A stretch of DNA of 64,000 nt, taken from NCBI GenBank assembly GCA_002633005.1, contig NMRA01000734.1, positions 110,294 through 174,293 on the forward strand, given 5' to 3'. Under the pieces are notes generated by a model that had not been told where the DNA came from, did not search any database, and saw only the letters and a program-made list of their open reading frames with translations. Of this stretch, positions 10,701-24,860 are shown one piece after another. Position numbers and translations under genes: made by a program. This stretch comes from Phoronis australis. Taxonomy: Eukaryota > Animalia > Phoronida. Each line of letters opens with the position of its first letter. Positions within the stretch are counted from its first letter, which is position 1.

Positions 10701-13700
10701 TGATATGGGTTATATGCAGAAGTGCATCAGCAATCATATGACAGGTGCAGGCTGTCATGTATTGAAACATTCCCTGCAGATCTGGAGATCAGGCAGAAAA
10801 TGCCATACAGTAATTTTCAAAATAAACTGGGCATACTTTTAGACAAAACTCTTTCAGGCTCTGATGCAGTTATTTTTTTTAGTTTTGAGTCCCTTTAGAT
10901 TGAAAACGCATCAACATACGTTGTTTTGTAAAGCATAAGTCATGTTTCATGCATGTACAATTTTAAAAACCTCTGCTCATTATTTTGCTCAAGTGTGTTA
11001 CACATAGGTGCATGGACCTGAATCCGTATTTAGGTGCATTTTCACATACAAGCACCCGTGAGGATGGGGAATATTCAAGCGTGATTTTTTCTTTTGTATA
11101 ACCAAATCAGTTGACCAAAAGCTTATAGTAAGTATGGTAATCTCTCTAGGTTACGACCATGAATTCTCCCCTATTTATTGACACAGCTTTAGATCTGTTT
11201 GTTGGGAGCATAAACATGGGTTAAGAGTTTGATTCATCTTAACGTGATTAGTGGTAGAGATATTATTTTTTTTTCAAATGAGCGTTGGTGATGAAAAATT
11301 GTGCTCATCCTTACCTTTGCAGTCGAGATACTACAGTCAAGCTATGGGATTTGGAAAGTGGACGAGAAGTGAAAAATTTTGGCGGTCACACTGGTGCTGT
11401 CACCTGTTGTCAACTTTTGTCTCCACATCAGTCGAAAAATATAGGTACTGTAGAGACCCTGGCTTCACATTCTCAAAGACAGAAAAATCTGCTGTAGCAA
11501 ACCCGAAATTCTGTTGTATGATTCCATTTTGTGAAACCCATTTTACAAAAACAAAGCCCTGTATAGAATATTCTGGGAATTGCCTCCCCTGCGTACATGC
11601 CGAAGCTCTGTTTTATGGGTAACTTGCTGCATATGATGATTGTTTCTCAACAGGCAAAAACCGAAAAAGAACAGTGCCACCTTCAGGCACTAGTGCTACT
11701 TGAACTTGTGCACTGCAAAGGGATCATTGGTTGAATTTGATGAGATTTTTGATAATTGAAAACCAAGAACATTAGAATTTTGGTATCAGGTAACTGAAAT
11801 GTTTGAAGTGCATTTGAAACCTTCAATTCCCTAAAAGTAGTGCGATTTTGTGAATTCTGTGAGTTATTGTGGAACAATAACTGAACGCTGTTGGCTAAGT
11901 TTGATGTTTAAGATATCTTCATGCCCGTTTGCCATTACTGTGCTCAATGAAGTTACTGATTTCTAATATTTTCGTCATATTTTTACATTTTTGTGCATAT
12001 TTCTATAATAACTGCATTTGAGCTCTGGGCTGTACACTTTATTTACGAATTAAGAGTAAGGTCCCCAAAATAACTATAAAAACTCACAGTCCGAAAATAT
12101 GTTGCAATGTAAAGATCTAGGGTATTGCAACCAGTTATTAGCATGTTCTTTAAAAACTCATTTCCTCAAAAGTACTGCAACATCCACCAATGAGATGCTG
12201 GGGGGAGGGAACATTTAGAAGCCACAGGAAATTTTTCCTAATAAATAAATGCCAGGTTTCTATAAAACACTAGTCCTTGAAGAGTGCTATTACAACAGGC
12301 ATAGGGATCTTTTAAGTGTCCACGTGTATTCAACATCTGGGGACCCTTCCATGGTAGGGGCTGGCAGCGATCTGCCTTCTGATGCAGTGGTATTATATTT
12401 GTGTAGAATTTGTCCAAGCTTTGTTGTAACACCTCCCAACTCATCTGGAAAAGGATATTCATGCTCGAGTGACCTCTAGTTTCATGATCTGGATTGGTTT
12501 TGTTCTAGGTCGTGATCTGGTTGATGATGGTGATCAGATAATCATCAGTGCTTCTACCGACTGTTCAGTCAAACTCTGGTCGTGTGCTACTGGTGAGTTG
12601 TAAAGAATTGTGGGATGTTTTTCATTCACGCCACCTGTTGGCTGCAAACATATTTTTGTCCATTGGTTGGTTTCTTTCTGCTTGGAATGAATGACTTTAA
12701 TATTATTTCATTCCAGGCTTAAGTGACTTTAGAGACAGTCTGCCAATATGTTTTTGAGCGTCATGATTTTTATAATTTCTTTTTATTAAAACCTGGAGGA
12801 CACAATGTGGCCTAGTGTGATAAGTGTCCGCTTTCTTTACTCAAGGTTGTGGATTTGAGTCCCACTCGGTCACACTGCTAAACCCTTGAGTCATTTTTCC
12901 AGCTCCTCAGCTCGGTTTTAACTGTATATTAATAAAGCATAAAAATGTTTCCAGGTGATCAGTGCAATGGGCACTACCTGTGCACGTCTGGTACAACGTT
13001 TATCGGACCGCTTGCAATTATTATTTATTGAAACGTGGAACTCTGAACTTTGTATCTTGAACATGGTTCCAGGTGCTAGTCATATCGTTCTCTGACTGTC
13101 GCATTTGGATGCTAGCTGCAGCCCTAGGTTCATAATTTTATTTTTGTGAACGAATCAAGCTGTTTACCATGTCCCGTCAATCAAAATATTATTAATTATA
13201 GACTTCACATTGAACTTTACTGTTACTCATTAATTGAAATGAAAATCAGTGCAAGTTGTTCATGAATTTTTTAAGGGGAACGCAGCCATTTTTTATGTAA
13301 ATCTTTATCCATCCTGTAAAATTCATTATCAAAGAAATTAAATCTGTTCTATTGAACTACAGTACTTTCTAAAAATCCTCAACTGCTTAGAACGCTTTTA
13401 TCGATTGTATCCCACGAGAACACAGCGTGAAACTCTACCTTTCCCACCTCTTTAATCATTCCACAATTCCTCTGGAAGAGACCGGAACACTCTCGAGGGC
13501 TTGAAGGTATTTTATTAAGTATCATAGTCCACTTGAATGGATTCAGTTTCTGATTACGTTTATCTTATTAGATAAGTAAAGTTCGTTGTCATGGAAATAC
13601 AGGTTTCTGTGATAATGGCCATTCCGTTGGTGTGTATTTAAAATCTATGGAATGATAAAAAGTGACGTAAACAGCACAGCAAAAGGCCTGCATTTCGGCT

Positions 13701-16700
13701 CTGCATTCACTTCCATTAATCAAACACAATGCCCTACTCACTACTGAACACAATCAAAGTCGGTCATTTATATTATCTCAGTGGACATGAATACAGGACA
13801 AATATACGTTTTTTTTGCGGGATCGCTTATGCGACTTTTTGTTGTTTCATGAACTGTAAATATTCGCCAACAGGAATTAGTAATTAGCACAGAAAATGTC
13901 TCTTCAAGGTTAACACCAGAATCTGTATTTTCACTGATTAGGTGATATTGAAAAAAGTAAAGCCAACGTGTTTTACTTTTATGCCAAAGTGGATGGACCC
14001 AATTGTGCCCAACTCAACATAAAACCAATTTTTTTTCTGTATGATGCATTGATCTTTGATCCCTGTACAAAGATCCCAAAAAAATGTGTCCTTGCATTTT
14101 ATAACAATAAATGCAAAAAGTCTTAATTGGTGTCCCCAGAAGAGCTGTGGTCGTAAGATCGGATACTTTTGCCAAAAATTAAAGAAATTGATGTGTTTGT
14201 TGGAAGCGATCAAAACTTTGTGAAAACTCATAAAATCGCATCTATTTTCAAATCCAAACAATTCATGACCAACTGAAAACTTTGTAAAATCAAGGATCCT
14301 GAAACTCATATTACTGGTATTTTCACTCTTGCACAGGTAAGCTGTTGAAGTCCATCTACACATACAGCCCTGTCACGTGTCTACAGGTACTGGACTCCCA
14401 GGGGTATATACTGACTGGCTCTGGTGAGTGATTCACCATCAAAAATACCTTACTCAAATACAATCAGGGTGCTCAAAGACTCACTAAAACATTGATAATT
14501 GTAATGGATCACCTTGTACTACTTTTCTTGGTCATAGTCTGCTTTAAGAGTGTTGCTTTAACCATGTGATGGGAACCTTGGCTGTTTTTGCGTTTTGAGG
14601 TACAAAACCCAAAATGATGACCTCAGTCAACAGTTGTATATGATATTACGCTAACCGTACTTAACTGTTAGTTCTTGCACTAATCATTAAGGCATCATCG
14701 TTGTATATCTGAGATCAGTCCAGGATGGATCTGTACCCAGTGGTCACTGTCTAACACTTTGCTAGTGGAGATTAAATGAAGTCAGCAAGCATCCTCAGGG
14801 TGTTTTAACAAGTATTTGATGGAAAAAGGTCAATAGCCTCGATTTCTGTTAATTTTACTGAATGACTGGAAGCCAACGTCGTGAATCAATGATTTTCCTA
14901 GTAAAATCACAAAACAATGTATTTTACGGTTTCACAACTGTAGTCAAAGCTAATAACTTCAGGAAGCCTATTCTACCCAACAATAGTTTCAAAAATCCGT
15001 TTTTCAACCAAAAAGCCAATTATGTCCCTTTAAGGTTACACACTGCTCTCATTACAAATAAGCGTTCTATGGATCAAATGTAACCCCAAAGTCCTTGATG
15101 ATCTTAAGATATATCTGCAAAAAGTAATCCCTAGCCCCTTGTTTTCATTTGAATGTTATTTCCTTCTAAAAATCTTAATTTTGGCTGAGAGTACTTTAAT
15201 GTCGAAGGGCACGGAATCTTTGCATGAAATTTGCAAATTCTTTTCTTTATGTAGTGGATATAAACTGTAAATGGGAATGTTTTTCAGGCGTTTTAGCCCG
15301 GAAGTTGTCCTTGGAAAAAGGATTTGAGTTTTGACTTAATAACCGCAGTGTTACTTGGGTTAAAAGGCCTTAGCAGGAAAAGGATTTTATGTCTACCAGG
15401 ATATGGTTTTCTTGGAAGTAACAGTGTTTTCAAATAGTTGTGCGGTTCTAGTGTAGATTTTGAGGATTTTTCAACAATGGTGTTGTACCAAGGTGAAGAA
15501 TATTTATGAAACTCTTTCTTTGTTTTCTTTAATGGAAATTTGTATTTCATTTTAACATACAAAGCAGAAATTGAATGAGATGGTCTCTTCGTGTGGAGCA
15601 TGCGCAGACAGTACAAGTCAGCTTTGTAGAGTTTGTAAAAATTCATTTGTTATTTGTCTGTAATTATAGTCAACTGCGGCATTTTCCCTAACTTCTGTGC
15701 CTTGCACAAAGAACTTGAGAACTGTTGTGCCAGCTTGCATGAAATTAGGGACTCAACTAAGTTCCCTAAATATTTTGCCTATTTGCGTCTTTGTTTACCC
15801 ATAGGTGTAATCTTTTTTCTGTCGTTTCAATCTTTATTATGGTCTCCCCTTTTTGACTAAAGACATTTTATAATAATATAACTAAAAGTGAGCCCTGAAT
15901 TCAGTGAAAATAAATAGGGACTTAGTACTTAAGTTAGGAGCGTTGCATGAAAAGATCCCTATAAATTTTCGATAATATTGGGAATTCAACGTTGAGTTCA
16001 CTCTCGATTTGTATGAAAGCCAAAATTTGACTTAGTAATGAAACTAAAACAGCATCAGAAAGGACAGTCAGTGTTTTCACAAGTCCGCAAATATGCAGTA
16101 GATTTTGGGAACTTAGTTGAGTCCCTATTCGGGACTGTTTCATGCAACCGGCCACTGGAATACAAAACCAACCCAGTAAAATCATTCTTTGGCATTCATA
16201 TTTCAGTGTATTTTTATTGAAATCCTAATAGTTCCATGGAGATGGTATGGACACTTAAAACTATTGCTGTTGTGTTCTATCCAATTATTTTATAGTGTTT
16301 TTATTTTTTATTATGAAAAAATATTCTGTTCCACAAAGTGTTTAATTTCCTTAAGTGCTGTTGCCACGGTGTCTGTGTTCTTATAATAACGTTGCACTGT
16401 TTCAGAGGGTGGCAAATTGGAACTGTGGCGCCCCCTGTCAGGTGACAACGCTCTCTCGCTACTGATTCACGATGAGTCAATATCAGCTGTACAGGTGGGC
16501 ATGTTTTGATAGAAAATCACTCTTATAACTAAAAGGTACTTGTTTATTTGGAAAGTCTCACATATAGAATAAGGTGCAAACAAAAATTCAGAGAAAAACA
16601 CAGCAATAAAACGTGGTGCTAGATGAGTTACGGTGATTGTCCGCTTATTTCGCACAAAAATATTTCTTTTTGATGTTCACAAAATTAGCTGTCATGAGGG

Positions 16701-19700
16701 GAAAATGCCATGTTGTCTGTTTGTCTCGTTCTGTATAATGCTTGAAACTCATATGGCCAGATTATCACTAGAACAGTGGTCACAATGTGAATGGCTCTCT
16801 TGACGTCAAAAACTATTCAATGTTGTTTTGTGTTTGACACAGGCTTGTCAAAAGTATGTGACCACCTCATGCGTGAATGGTATCGTCAAAGTATTTGAGT
16901 GGAGAGGAGAACAGCTCCATCTGATGTTTGAGTCCGAAAATGTGCGGTCAGCCTCGACTGGGGCACAGTTGCCATGCCGACGAATTTGTTGCATGGCGGC
17001 ATATAATGAAGTTATTTACTATGGCGACGACGGAGTGAATATTAAAGTGTTGGAATGGAAAAAAGGTAACTGATTGCGGTTTCTAGTGATGGACTGATGG
17101 AAGATTGTATAAAAATAATTGATTAGGTCCATTGTTGTGTGGTCGTGACATTTCAAAGACATTGGTTTTTAAAATTATAGGAAAATTGACAAAAGTTTTC
17201 GCAGTGAAAAAAATTGGCTTATTTTCAAGTGTTTTAGTCAATGTTGTCGTTTGGTGCCCTTCTGCATTTACTACAAAATCATTTTTTTGAAAACTAACGT
17301 TGAAACTTAAAGTTTAGTGGATTTGAGGAGCCATCAAGGATGGTGAATTTTTAAGGTTTTGCTGTAGTATTAGTGATGAACACTGATCATTGCTGTAGTA
17401 TTAGTGATGAACACTGATCATTGCTGTAGTATTAGTAATGAACTCTGATCATATGCTCAACAACAAAAAGACTTTAACAGGAAGCGACAACCATTTTCGT
17501 GTATTTTAACTTGTTTTCATGTATCATTAAAGACATATTGGTCAAGCTGTCAACAATCTAATGGCTTTAAATCTGAACCTACAAAATGACACCAATTTGG
17601 TTCTTGAAGGTTGCAAATTATTATCGCTTTCAAGGGCATGTTGAATGTCACGTTTTACACCGACAAAAGACAGCTCTTCCCTTGTGAAATCACAGGCATG
17701 AGCTTTGTGAACTATGACCCCTTCAATAAAGCTTCTTTGATTGGTGGTTCTTCATCACCCCCAATTTGGACTGTCTTTTGGACTGCATTGCAGAGATGTG
17801 ACAGAAAAGTGATGGTGTATTAATAAATAGCATCTTTTGAATAGGTTTTAGGAATACCACACAATATAATCTTATCGTAATAATGTCATCTTTGAGCCAA
17901 AGAAGCTGGTGTGGATTTTGGGTAATTTTTCGACATGTGAATGAAACAATATTGCTTGACTGCCTTCTACGCGTTAATGGAATCTCAAACTTGTATATGG
18001 GAATTTCCGATAGCATGCATTGATGTCAGCATTTTCAAAGCATAATAATGCTCTTATTTTAAGTTGTAAAACAAAGAAACTGATCACACTCATAGCCTAT
18101 TCTTTCTTATGGCATGAAATATTTTCTTCTCATTAAAACATTTCTTCTGTAATTATTTTCAAAAAACACCAAACAGTCATTGTTTAGCCCTTTGACCGTT
18201 CCTGATGATATCTTCCTGATACCTGTCACACTTGATTTCTATTCCATATATGGTGAATACTGTAATTGATCACTTTAAGGTCACTCTTTGCTACAAGATG
18301 TGATATCTAGAAATCGACACTTGACATGATTGTCTTCGCTGATCTTTACATGTTAAAGTCTAACACAACGCAAATCAGGTCAAGCCAAAATCGCAATTTC
18401 AAACTGACACGAATCAACCAGTGTGTCTTCCCATTATACCAATGAACTCCCCAAGTACATGGTGTTATCATGTGAAAATGGAAACGTTAACTCGGTGAAT
18501 CCATGATGTTGTCATTCTGCGAATGGGAATGCTTACAAAATAATGACTTATACCTCAAAACATGAACCAGAAGATGTTTTTAAATGATGGTCCTGCGCGT
18601 GGTTTAACAATGTGTGTAAGTCGCTGCCTTTAGGTTTTCAGTGATTTAATGTGAAATATTCGTGAATAACGCAATTGCTACTTCAGTAGTAGCTGCCTAC
18701 AGACATTTTAGCTGAAGCGTGAAACAATGAGGTTTGCAACCAATCCTGATTCTATCCCCTGCTGATGCACTATTGGCAAAATCAGGATTCAACTGAAAAC
18801 ACCTACTCAGTGTGTCAAAGAATATTCACTTGTTCTTGGTGGTTGGTCTTTCCCTACAGTTGTCATACTTAATGTGTAGGCAAGTCTTTCCTGTGCCAGA
18901 CTTTTGTAAACAGTTTTCAAAATTTGTTCCGAACCTTTCAGGGATGATGAGAGTTACAGAGCATTATTTTTGGAATGCTTGGTGGGAAAGGTGTTTTGAT
19001 ACCTGTTAATAGATCTAAACTGTATCCGTTTTAATTAATGAAATGGCAAGATAGACATTATTTATTGTTTGCTTATAACAATTAATCGATACTATTATCA
19101 ATTGTATTTGGGCTGTGCTGGTTTCAGGTTTAGTGAGTAAATTGAAGAATCATTCGTGTGAGTTTGGTGCTACGGACGCCCTCTGTATCCTTGATGACGT
19201 GTTGCTAAGCAGTGGTTTGGATGTGGACTCTGGCTGCGGATATCTCAACTGTACGTTCACGTTTTGTTCTTCGTGCTTTCAGGTCTTTGATGTCTTGTCA
19301 GGCTGTCTCACTTGTAATTTTTGTGAAAAGATTACTTGACAAGTATTTGGAAAACCAATGCGTAGTTTTAATTTAATACCAACAAAGAGGGTGTTATTTT
19401 TCATTATGCATAGAGTAATTAATGCTATATGAGACCAGTTCGTTGTATTTTGTATTGTTATCATAGTGGGAATTCTTCTGAGGTTTCAAAGATGTCATGT
19501 TGCTTTCCGGATGCAGAACCTTTGACCTTATACAATATTGTACAACAAGATGGTGATTTCACCCCTTCCTAATAAGTTTGGAGACTGGCAAGTTGTCATC
19601 TTAAAATTATTCACAGACTGCAAAGTCTCTGTGCTTGCCTGAACTCCTACTTTTGATACGTACATGTATCGTACATATTTCACGTCTTTTAAGAAGTTAA

Positions 19701-22076
19701 AACAGAAACCAAATATAGATACTTAACAACAGTTTTTATGGTTATTGATCATTCAGTCATGAAATTATTGCAAGCCTTTGTTAAGAATTGTTTTAAAATC
19801 TGAGCATGATTGTCAAGCCACTATTAACCATATTCTGGTGTTAAAAACATCAACTATCTTCACAAACGTATTTGCTCTTCCAAACCAAAGTTGCGTCATC
19901 ATGTTATTATTCTTTGTTTGAATTGAACGTGTTGCAATAAATGATGTAGAATTCCCTCATGGCCATACTTATTTGGCGATTCAAACTGTGACAAGCAACT
20001 TAAGCGGCCCGATCTGATACAATAACGACCTGTCCATATTTCATAGGCCCGTAAAATTTTTTAATCTGAGTAGAGAATAATGAGACATTATCAGTAAGTG
20101 GCCTATATCAAAAGTTGTTTTTCACCGAAGGCATGGGTTAATTACCTCTTGTAAAGTGTGTTTGCGCGTTGGTCTCGATGGCTCAGTAGACTAGTGTCTG
20201 CACGGTAAGCAGAAGGTCCCGGGTTTGAGCCATGGTTGGTGCGGAAATCTTTTCAGATTTTTGTTCATTAGGTCACGTGATGTGACCAACAGGTGGCATG
20301 CAGACCTGGGACCCATTCCAAGAAACTGACATAAGTTCATTTTTGACTTAAGTCTAAGATTTGTCGTAACTTCCATGCTTTTGAAAATTCCGCATCCGGT
20401 AAGATAGTCAAAATTAAGACAAAACTTTTATCAAAAATTTAATTCAAACTTAGGATCTCTTTCTTGAAACGGTATCGAGGCAAATTTAAGTCTTCTCTTA
20501 AAATTTACTAAAATTTTAGATTTGTCTTAGCTAAGTCAGTTTTGTTGGAACGGGCCCCAGGCATAAAAATGCTGTAACCTATATTTCCATGCTGGATCAA
20601 GATTTACATATTTACATACTCTTGAAAACTATTGTAGATCTATGTATTAAAGCATTAAAATTTGTGATGTCTGAAATGATGAATTATTTACAGTCCACTC
20701 GGTACCAGACAATCAGTACTTGTCCTGTCTGTGCGATGATGATGTCACTCGCATACTAACTGTTGCTGGGGGTTACAATGGTGATCACCAGGGGCTGAGG
20801 ATTGTCACAGGTGGCGCTGACTTGATACTATGGAGTGAGACATCATCAGACAACTTGTGAGTACTGGGCAATGCAGTGAACCATTTACGAGTATTTATGC
20901 ATTGCTCTGCCAAATCTTGATGTTTAAAATCTTGCTGACCCTTTCTTAGGTGCCTTAATGCAGCTTTAAAAGTCACAAAACCTTGGTTGAAATTTATGTG
21001 GGCATGCCCTTTTTTATTGTTTCTTTTAATCAGTGAGTGCAAGTCATGTAAATGAGTAGGTTTGATGAGAACAAACTAGTATGGCCTAATATGGACTTTT
21101 CACTGAGCTTGAGGTGCAGTAAACCTTTGGTTCCTGCTTTAACTAGATGTCCAGAGAACTAAGTGTTGTTTGTGGATTCTCTTTATGCCATTTTGTCATT
21201 AACAATGTGAACATTAATTTTGCAAACTTAGAAGAAGCAACTAGACTGTTCACTACACTCATACAGCCCAATAGTTTCAGGCATGACCACCTGTTGAGGT
21301 TGAGCTCTGTTGTCGTTATAAGAATTTGACTTTCTATGTTGAGTGCTTTCCTAAGCAGTCCAGTGTATTAAATAATCTTTGAAGACAAGCCCTTGCGCTG
21401 ACAATGACATAACCCTTTTTTAATCCATTAATGATATATTGGTGTTGGCTTTTGCTCAATAGGTGGCACTGCTTGTGTGCTCTGAAATTTTAAGTTGCAA
21501 TTAAAATCTATGCAGTGTGTCTCAGGGTAATTCAAAATGTGTGTTTTAATATAACATTGGGACAAAAATCTAGAAGTTGATTCTTTCACAAAAAGTTGTT
21601 ATTGTGCTATTGCGTTTCAGTCAGTTTCAAAATTAATTCATGATATAGGCAGTAGTGATGGATGATTTGTTTAAAAGAGTTCCCCTCAGAGTTGGCCTGT
21701 GGGAAGGTATAATTATTTGGGGGACTGAGGTGTGTACGGCAGGAAAGGTAACAATTATTTCCTTCACCAAATTACGTTAAGTCTTACTATTGTTGAAAAC
21801 AAGAAGGAGTCTGAAATCTCTTTACGTAATTATATGTGATGTGATTTGTATGCGGTAATTGTTGTCTTCCATAGTTCCGAGGAGGGTGCATATTCAAGGA
21901 CCATGTACAGTGCCATCTATGACCAGACAGCTGTGGACTCGGATGTCTCCGCTAGCGAAACTGAAGTCAGCGATGATGAACAACATGGGGACTCAAGCGA
22001 TCAACTGCAGAGAGGTGTTTTGAGTCTACAGGGTGGTGAGAACAGTGGCTGGACATCTTGGTGCTCTCTCATTTGA
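7772..22076 (+). CDS. WD40-repeat protein, 594 aa, with N-terminal basic helix, acidic linker and C-terminal CaaX motif
   Basis: 13 phase-consistent GT-AG exons: 7772-7894, 8778-9009, 9301-9418, 9915-9988, 10521-10665, 11323-11444, 12509-12592, 14337-14423, 16406-16494, 16843-17065, 19128-19250, 20694-20856, 21875-22076 (sum 1785 nt, no internal stop). WD signatures: LDGHNDLICCV...SGSRDTTVKLWD, GGHTGAVTC...SASTDCSVKLW, TGSEGGKLELW, GDDGVNIKVLEW. Ends WCSLI-stop. Confidence 0.9.
10232..10368. repeat. Minisatellite, ~43-bp unit x3
   Basis: Unit cagtcattactgaagtcttgtgtttattcactatcacagttac. Confidence 0.85.
12797..13029 (+). mobile_element. tRNA-derived SINE, copy 2 (WD40 intron)
   Basis: Colinear with 4209-4451 (gtgtccgctttctttactcaaggt...agctcctcagctcggttttaact...ggtgatcagtgcaatggg). 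Confidence 0.85.
15729..16153. mobile_element. MITE family A, copy 2
   Basis: Shares tagggactcaactaag ends and internal blocks with 3066-3406. Confidence 0.8.
17359..17451. repeat. Minisatellite, 31-bp unit x3
   Basis: Unit ttgctgtagtattagtgatgaacactgatca. Confidence 0.9.
20165..20255 (+). mobile_element. tRNA-derived fragment (SINE head or tRNA pseudogene)
   Basis: A-box-like tggctcagtag, anticodon-like arm ctgcacggtaagcag, degenerate B-box gggtttgagcc; acceptor stem poor. Confidence 0.5.
20306..20560. mobile_element. MITE (Harbinger-like ends)
   Basis: ctgggacccattccaagaaactgacataag / ctaagtcagttttgttggaacgggccccag inverted termini. Confidence 0.7.
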
Positions 22077-22123
22077 CCATCATATTAGAAAAGAGGAGAA
22101 TGAACACTGTTCGAGACTCTAGC

Positions 22124-22542
22124 GCCCAGTGGCACAAATGAACCCCAAATAGGGACTCGACTAAGTTCCCTAAATCTACGCTGTATTTGTGGGCTTGTGA
22201 AAACATTGATTGTCCTGTCTTATGCTGTTTGAGTCTCATTACTAAGTCAATTTTTGGTTTTGATACAAATCGAGAGTGAACTCTATTGAATTCTCAATAT
22301 TGTTGAAAACATGAAAGGATCTTTTCATGCAACACCCCTGATTTTATTAAAATTGTTTAGACTGAATTAAGGGCTCATTTTTAGGTATACTGTTAGAATA
22401 TGCCATTAGTCAAGGAAGAACTTGTAATAAAGACAAAATGTTAGAAAAAATATTGCATCTTTGCCTAAAGAGCGAAACAATGCACAAAAGATGAAGGGAA
22501 CTTAGTTGAGTTCCCATTTGGAACAGTTTCATGCAACTGGGT
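22124..22542. mobile_element. MITE family A, copy 3, in WD40 3' UTR region
   Basis: Same ends as other family A copies; starts ~50 bp after the WD40 stop codon. Confidence 0.8.
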
Positions 22543-24798
22543 ATAGGAATCCTGTAATAATGCTGTTCACCAGGCCTGCCTACCATTAAGAATTATTGAC
22601 AGGATTGAATACTGACATTTTCTTATTGGTACAGTATTACCGGCATTTTTAGCAGTACTTCAAGAAATGTGGGTACATCTGCTTTTTGTGTTTTCACCAA
22701 ATGAATTTACTACTGAAAATTGAATGTCTTGTATTTCCTATGTAAGTGATTTTATTTCACACTTTTTTGAAACTGCGATGCTCTTGAATAATCGGCATGG
22801 GAGGGGAAAGACACCTGAAAAAATTGTGAGTGGTTCTGTGGAGAATGAATGAAAATTTCTTGTTCTTATTAAAAATAAAAAAATTCCAGTTGTTGCTTTC
22901 ATTTTAGCCATTGATTTATTGGAGTTTGCATCATCACCCAACATTTTTTATATTTGTGGGTCGACTACGCCCCCTGTCCCTGCCAAGTCCGCCTATGAAT
23001 GAGTCAGTGTTCACTTTTGTGCTGTTTTCAAAATTTGCTGGTTGGTTTAAATTACTAGACTTGCGTGTTTCGCATAATTTAGGGAAATAGCTGTGGAAGG
23101 TTCGTATACAAATTGTGGAGCGTCTTTTGAATTGAATTACCAAGTCTAAGCTCCAAATTAGGTATAAGTAAAAACACCAGAACTTTTGTATTTTAAAGCA
23201 AGATTTTTTAATTCCTCCACAGGGTAATTTAATCTTGCAAGTCAAAAAGGTATACACAATTAGGATTGGCAATGACCCTTTTTAACTCTTCAGGCAGACA
23301 AAGTTTGAAAAATAGTTGGAAGAAAATTCAATGGAACCCATGTCATAGCAATGTTTGGGTAAAATTAACATCAGACCATTTATCTTAATTTTTTTATCCA
23401 ATTTTGATTTTTCTCTGGTTTTCAGGTCATGTCAGGTCAAGCTCATAACACTTTGTGGTTGATTAGAAGTACTTTTTAAAGATACAATTCCTTTTCTAAG
23501 AAATGCTGTATGCTACCAAACTAGACTCAAAATATTGGAACTTTTTCCAGCATCGTGAAGATAACATGTAATTTAAATTGAAGTTAAATTAAATTTTGGA
23601 AGTGTGGACCAGCCTTTGTTTTTCTAAAGCTTTTTGACTGGTGAATGCTTTTCACGTTCCTCGAGACTTCATTGGGGAAATACAGTCCATTTGGAAAAGG
23701 AAAATTTCAAACGAAATGCTGGTAGGTTAGAAAATTATCCTTGGAGTGCACGTGACCTCCCGTTCCGAGAACACTATATAGCACTGGAAAACGTTATCAC
23801 GTGACGCACGTGTTAGGTAACCTTACACTCATCGACAGTATTCGGAATAAATGTGTTCAGTTAACTTTCTGGACGGCATTTATTAAGTACATATGCACTA
23901 ATCTAGGGCAAAACAGTCCCATTCAAATTTGTCCTGAGCACCAGATCTTGCATATTTATTGCATGTTGTTGGGGTGCACTTGACGTAATAGACTGGGCTA
24001 CTGGTACTAGCTTATTCCTATTCCGTAAATTTATCAAAAACGTGTTTTGCCGAGAAAGCTATATTCTAGCAAAACAATGTATTATTAATGACGTGACGGG
24101 TTTCGTATGCCACCCACGTGACAGCCATATTTGTTTTGGTCGCCTGTTGTGCTTCACAAGTTCGCAAAAATGATTAAAATTACGCTGTAAACAAACAGGT
24201 ATGTCACATTTTCTAAACATGAAGTAAATATCAGCTTTATTCTAGTACATCAACAGAAATTGGAACATAATTACCGCGCATTCTGTACGAATTTTGACCT
24301 CAAGTGGCAATCGATGCCCGCTTAACTTTAAAGCCGTTTTTCTCGGCTCGTGATTTCAGGGTAATGACAAGATTCTCAGACCTATTTTTCCGCAACACGT
24401 GAGTCAATTTTTACGAAATTTGAAATCCTCTAGAAGTAAAGTAAAATCGCTTGCCAGGGTTTTTTGATGCATGGACCATATTTTTATTTATTAGACGGAA
24501 AGTGACCAAATGAGAGAAAGATGCGTGCTTGCAACAACTCACACGCAAAAATGCAACAAAATCAAGATTATAATGTAGAATATTGGGTAAGGAAACAGCT
24601 GATGATAATCCCTGTGCATTTTGAAAAAAAATCGCGGTGAAATTTGATTTTTTGAAAATTATAAAATGCGATATTTAGAAAATAACGAATAACGAAGTAC
24701 AATAAAAACTTTTTTTTCGATTTTTGTCACTTTCAGAGTCATTTCTAACTAGTTAAAACCCCTTTTATACTTATTATAGATAGGAACCTGGAGATTTT

Positions 24799-24860
24799 AC
24801 CAGTGTATACACCTCACTTGACCAGTGTATACACCTCCCTTGACCAGTGTATCCACCTCG
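24799..24860. repeat. 21-bp tandem repeat x3
   Basis: Unit accagtgtatacacctc(a/c)cttg, followed by cccttaa (possible transposon end). Confidence 0.8.

Noticed and set aside
13938-14363. 141-aa minus ORF
   Set aside because: Mostly intronic repeat-like DNA plus antisense of a WD40 exon; no motifs.
10232-17451. 43-bp and 31-bp direct repeats as CRISPR-like arrays
   Set aside because: Head-to-tail units with no unique spacers, intronic, eukaryotic context, no cas genes.
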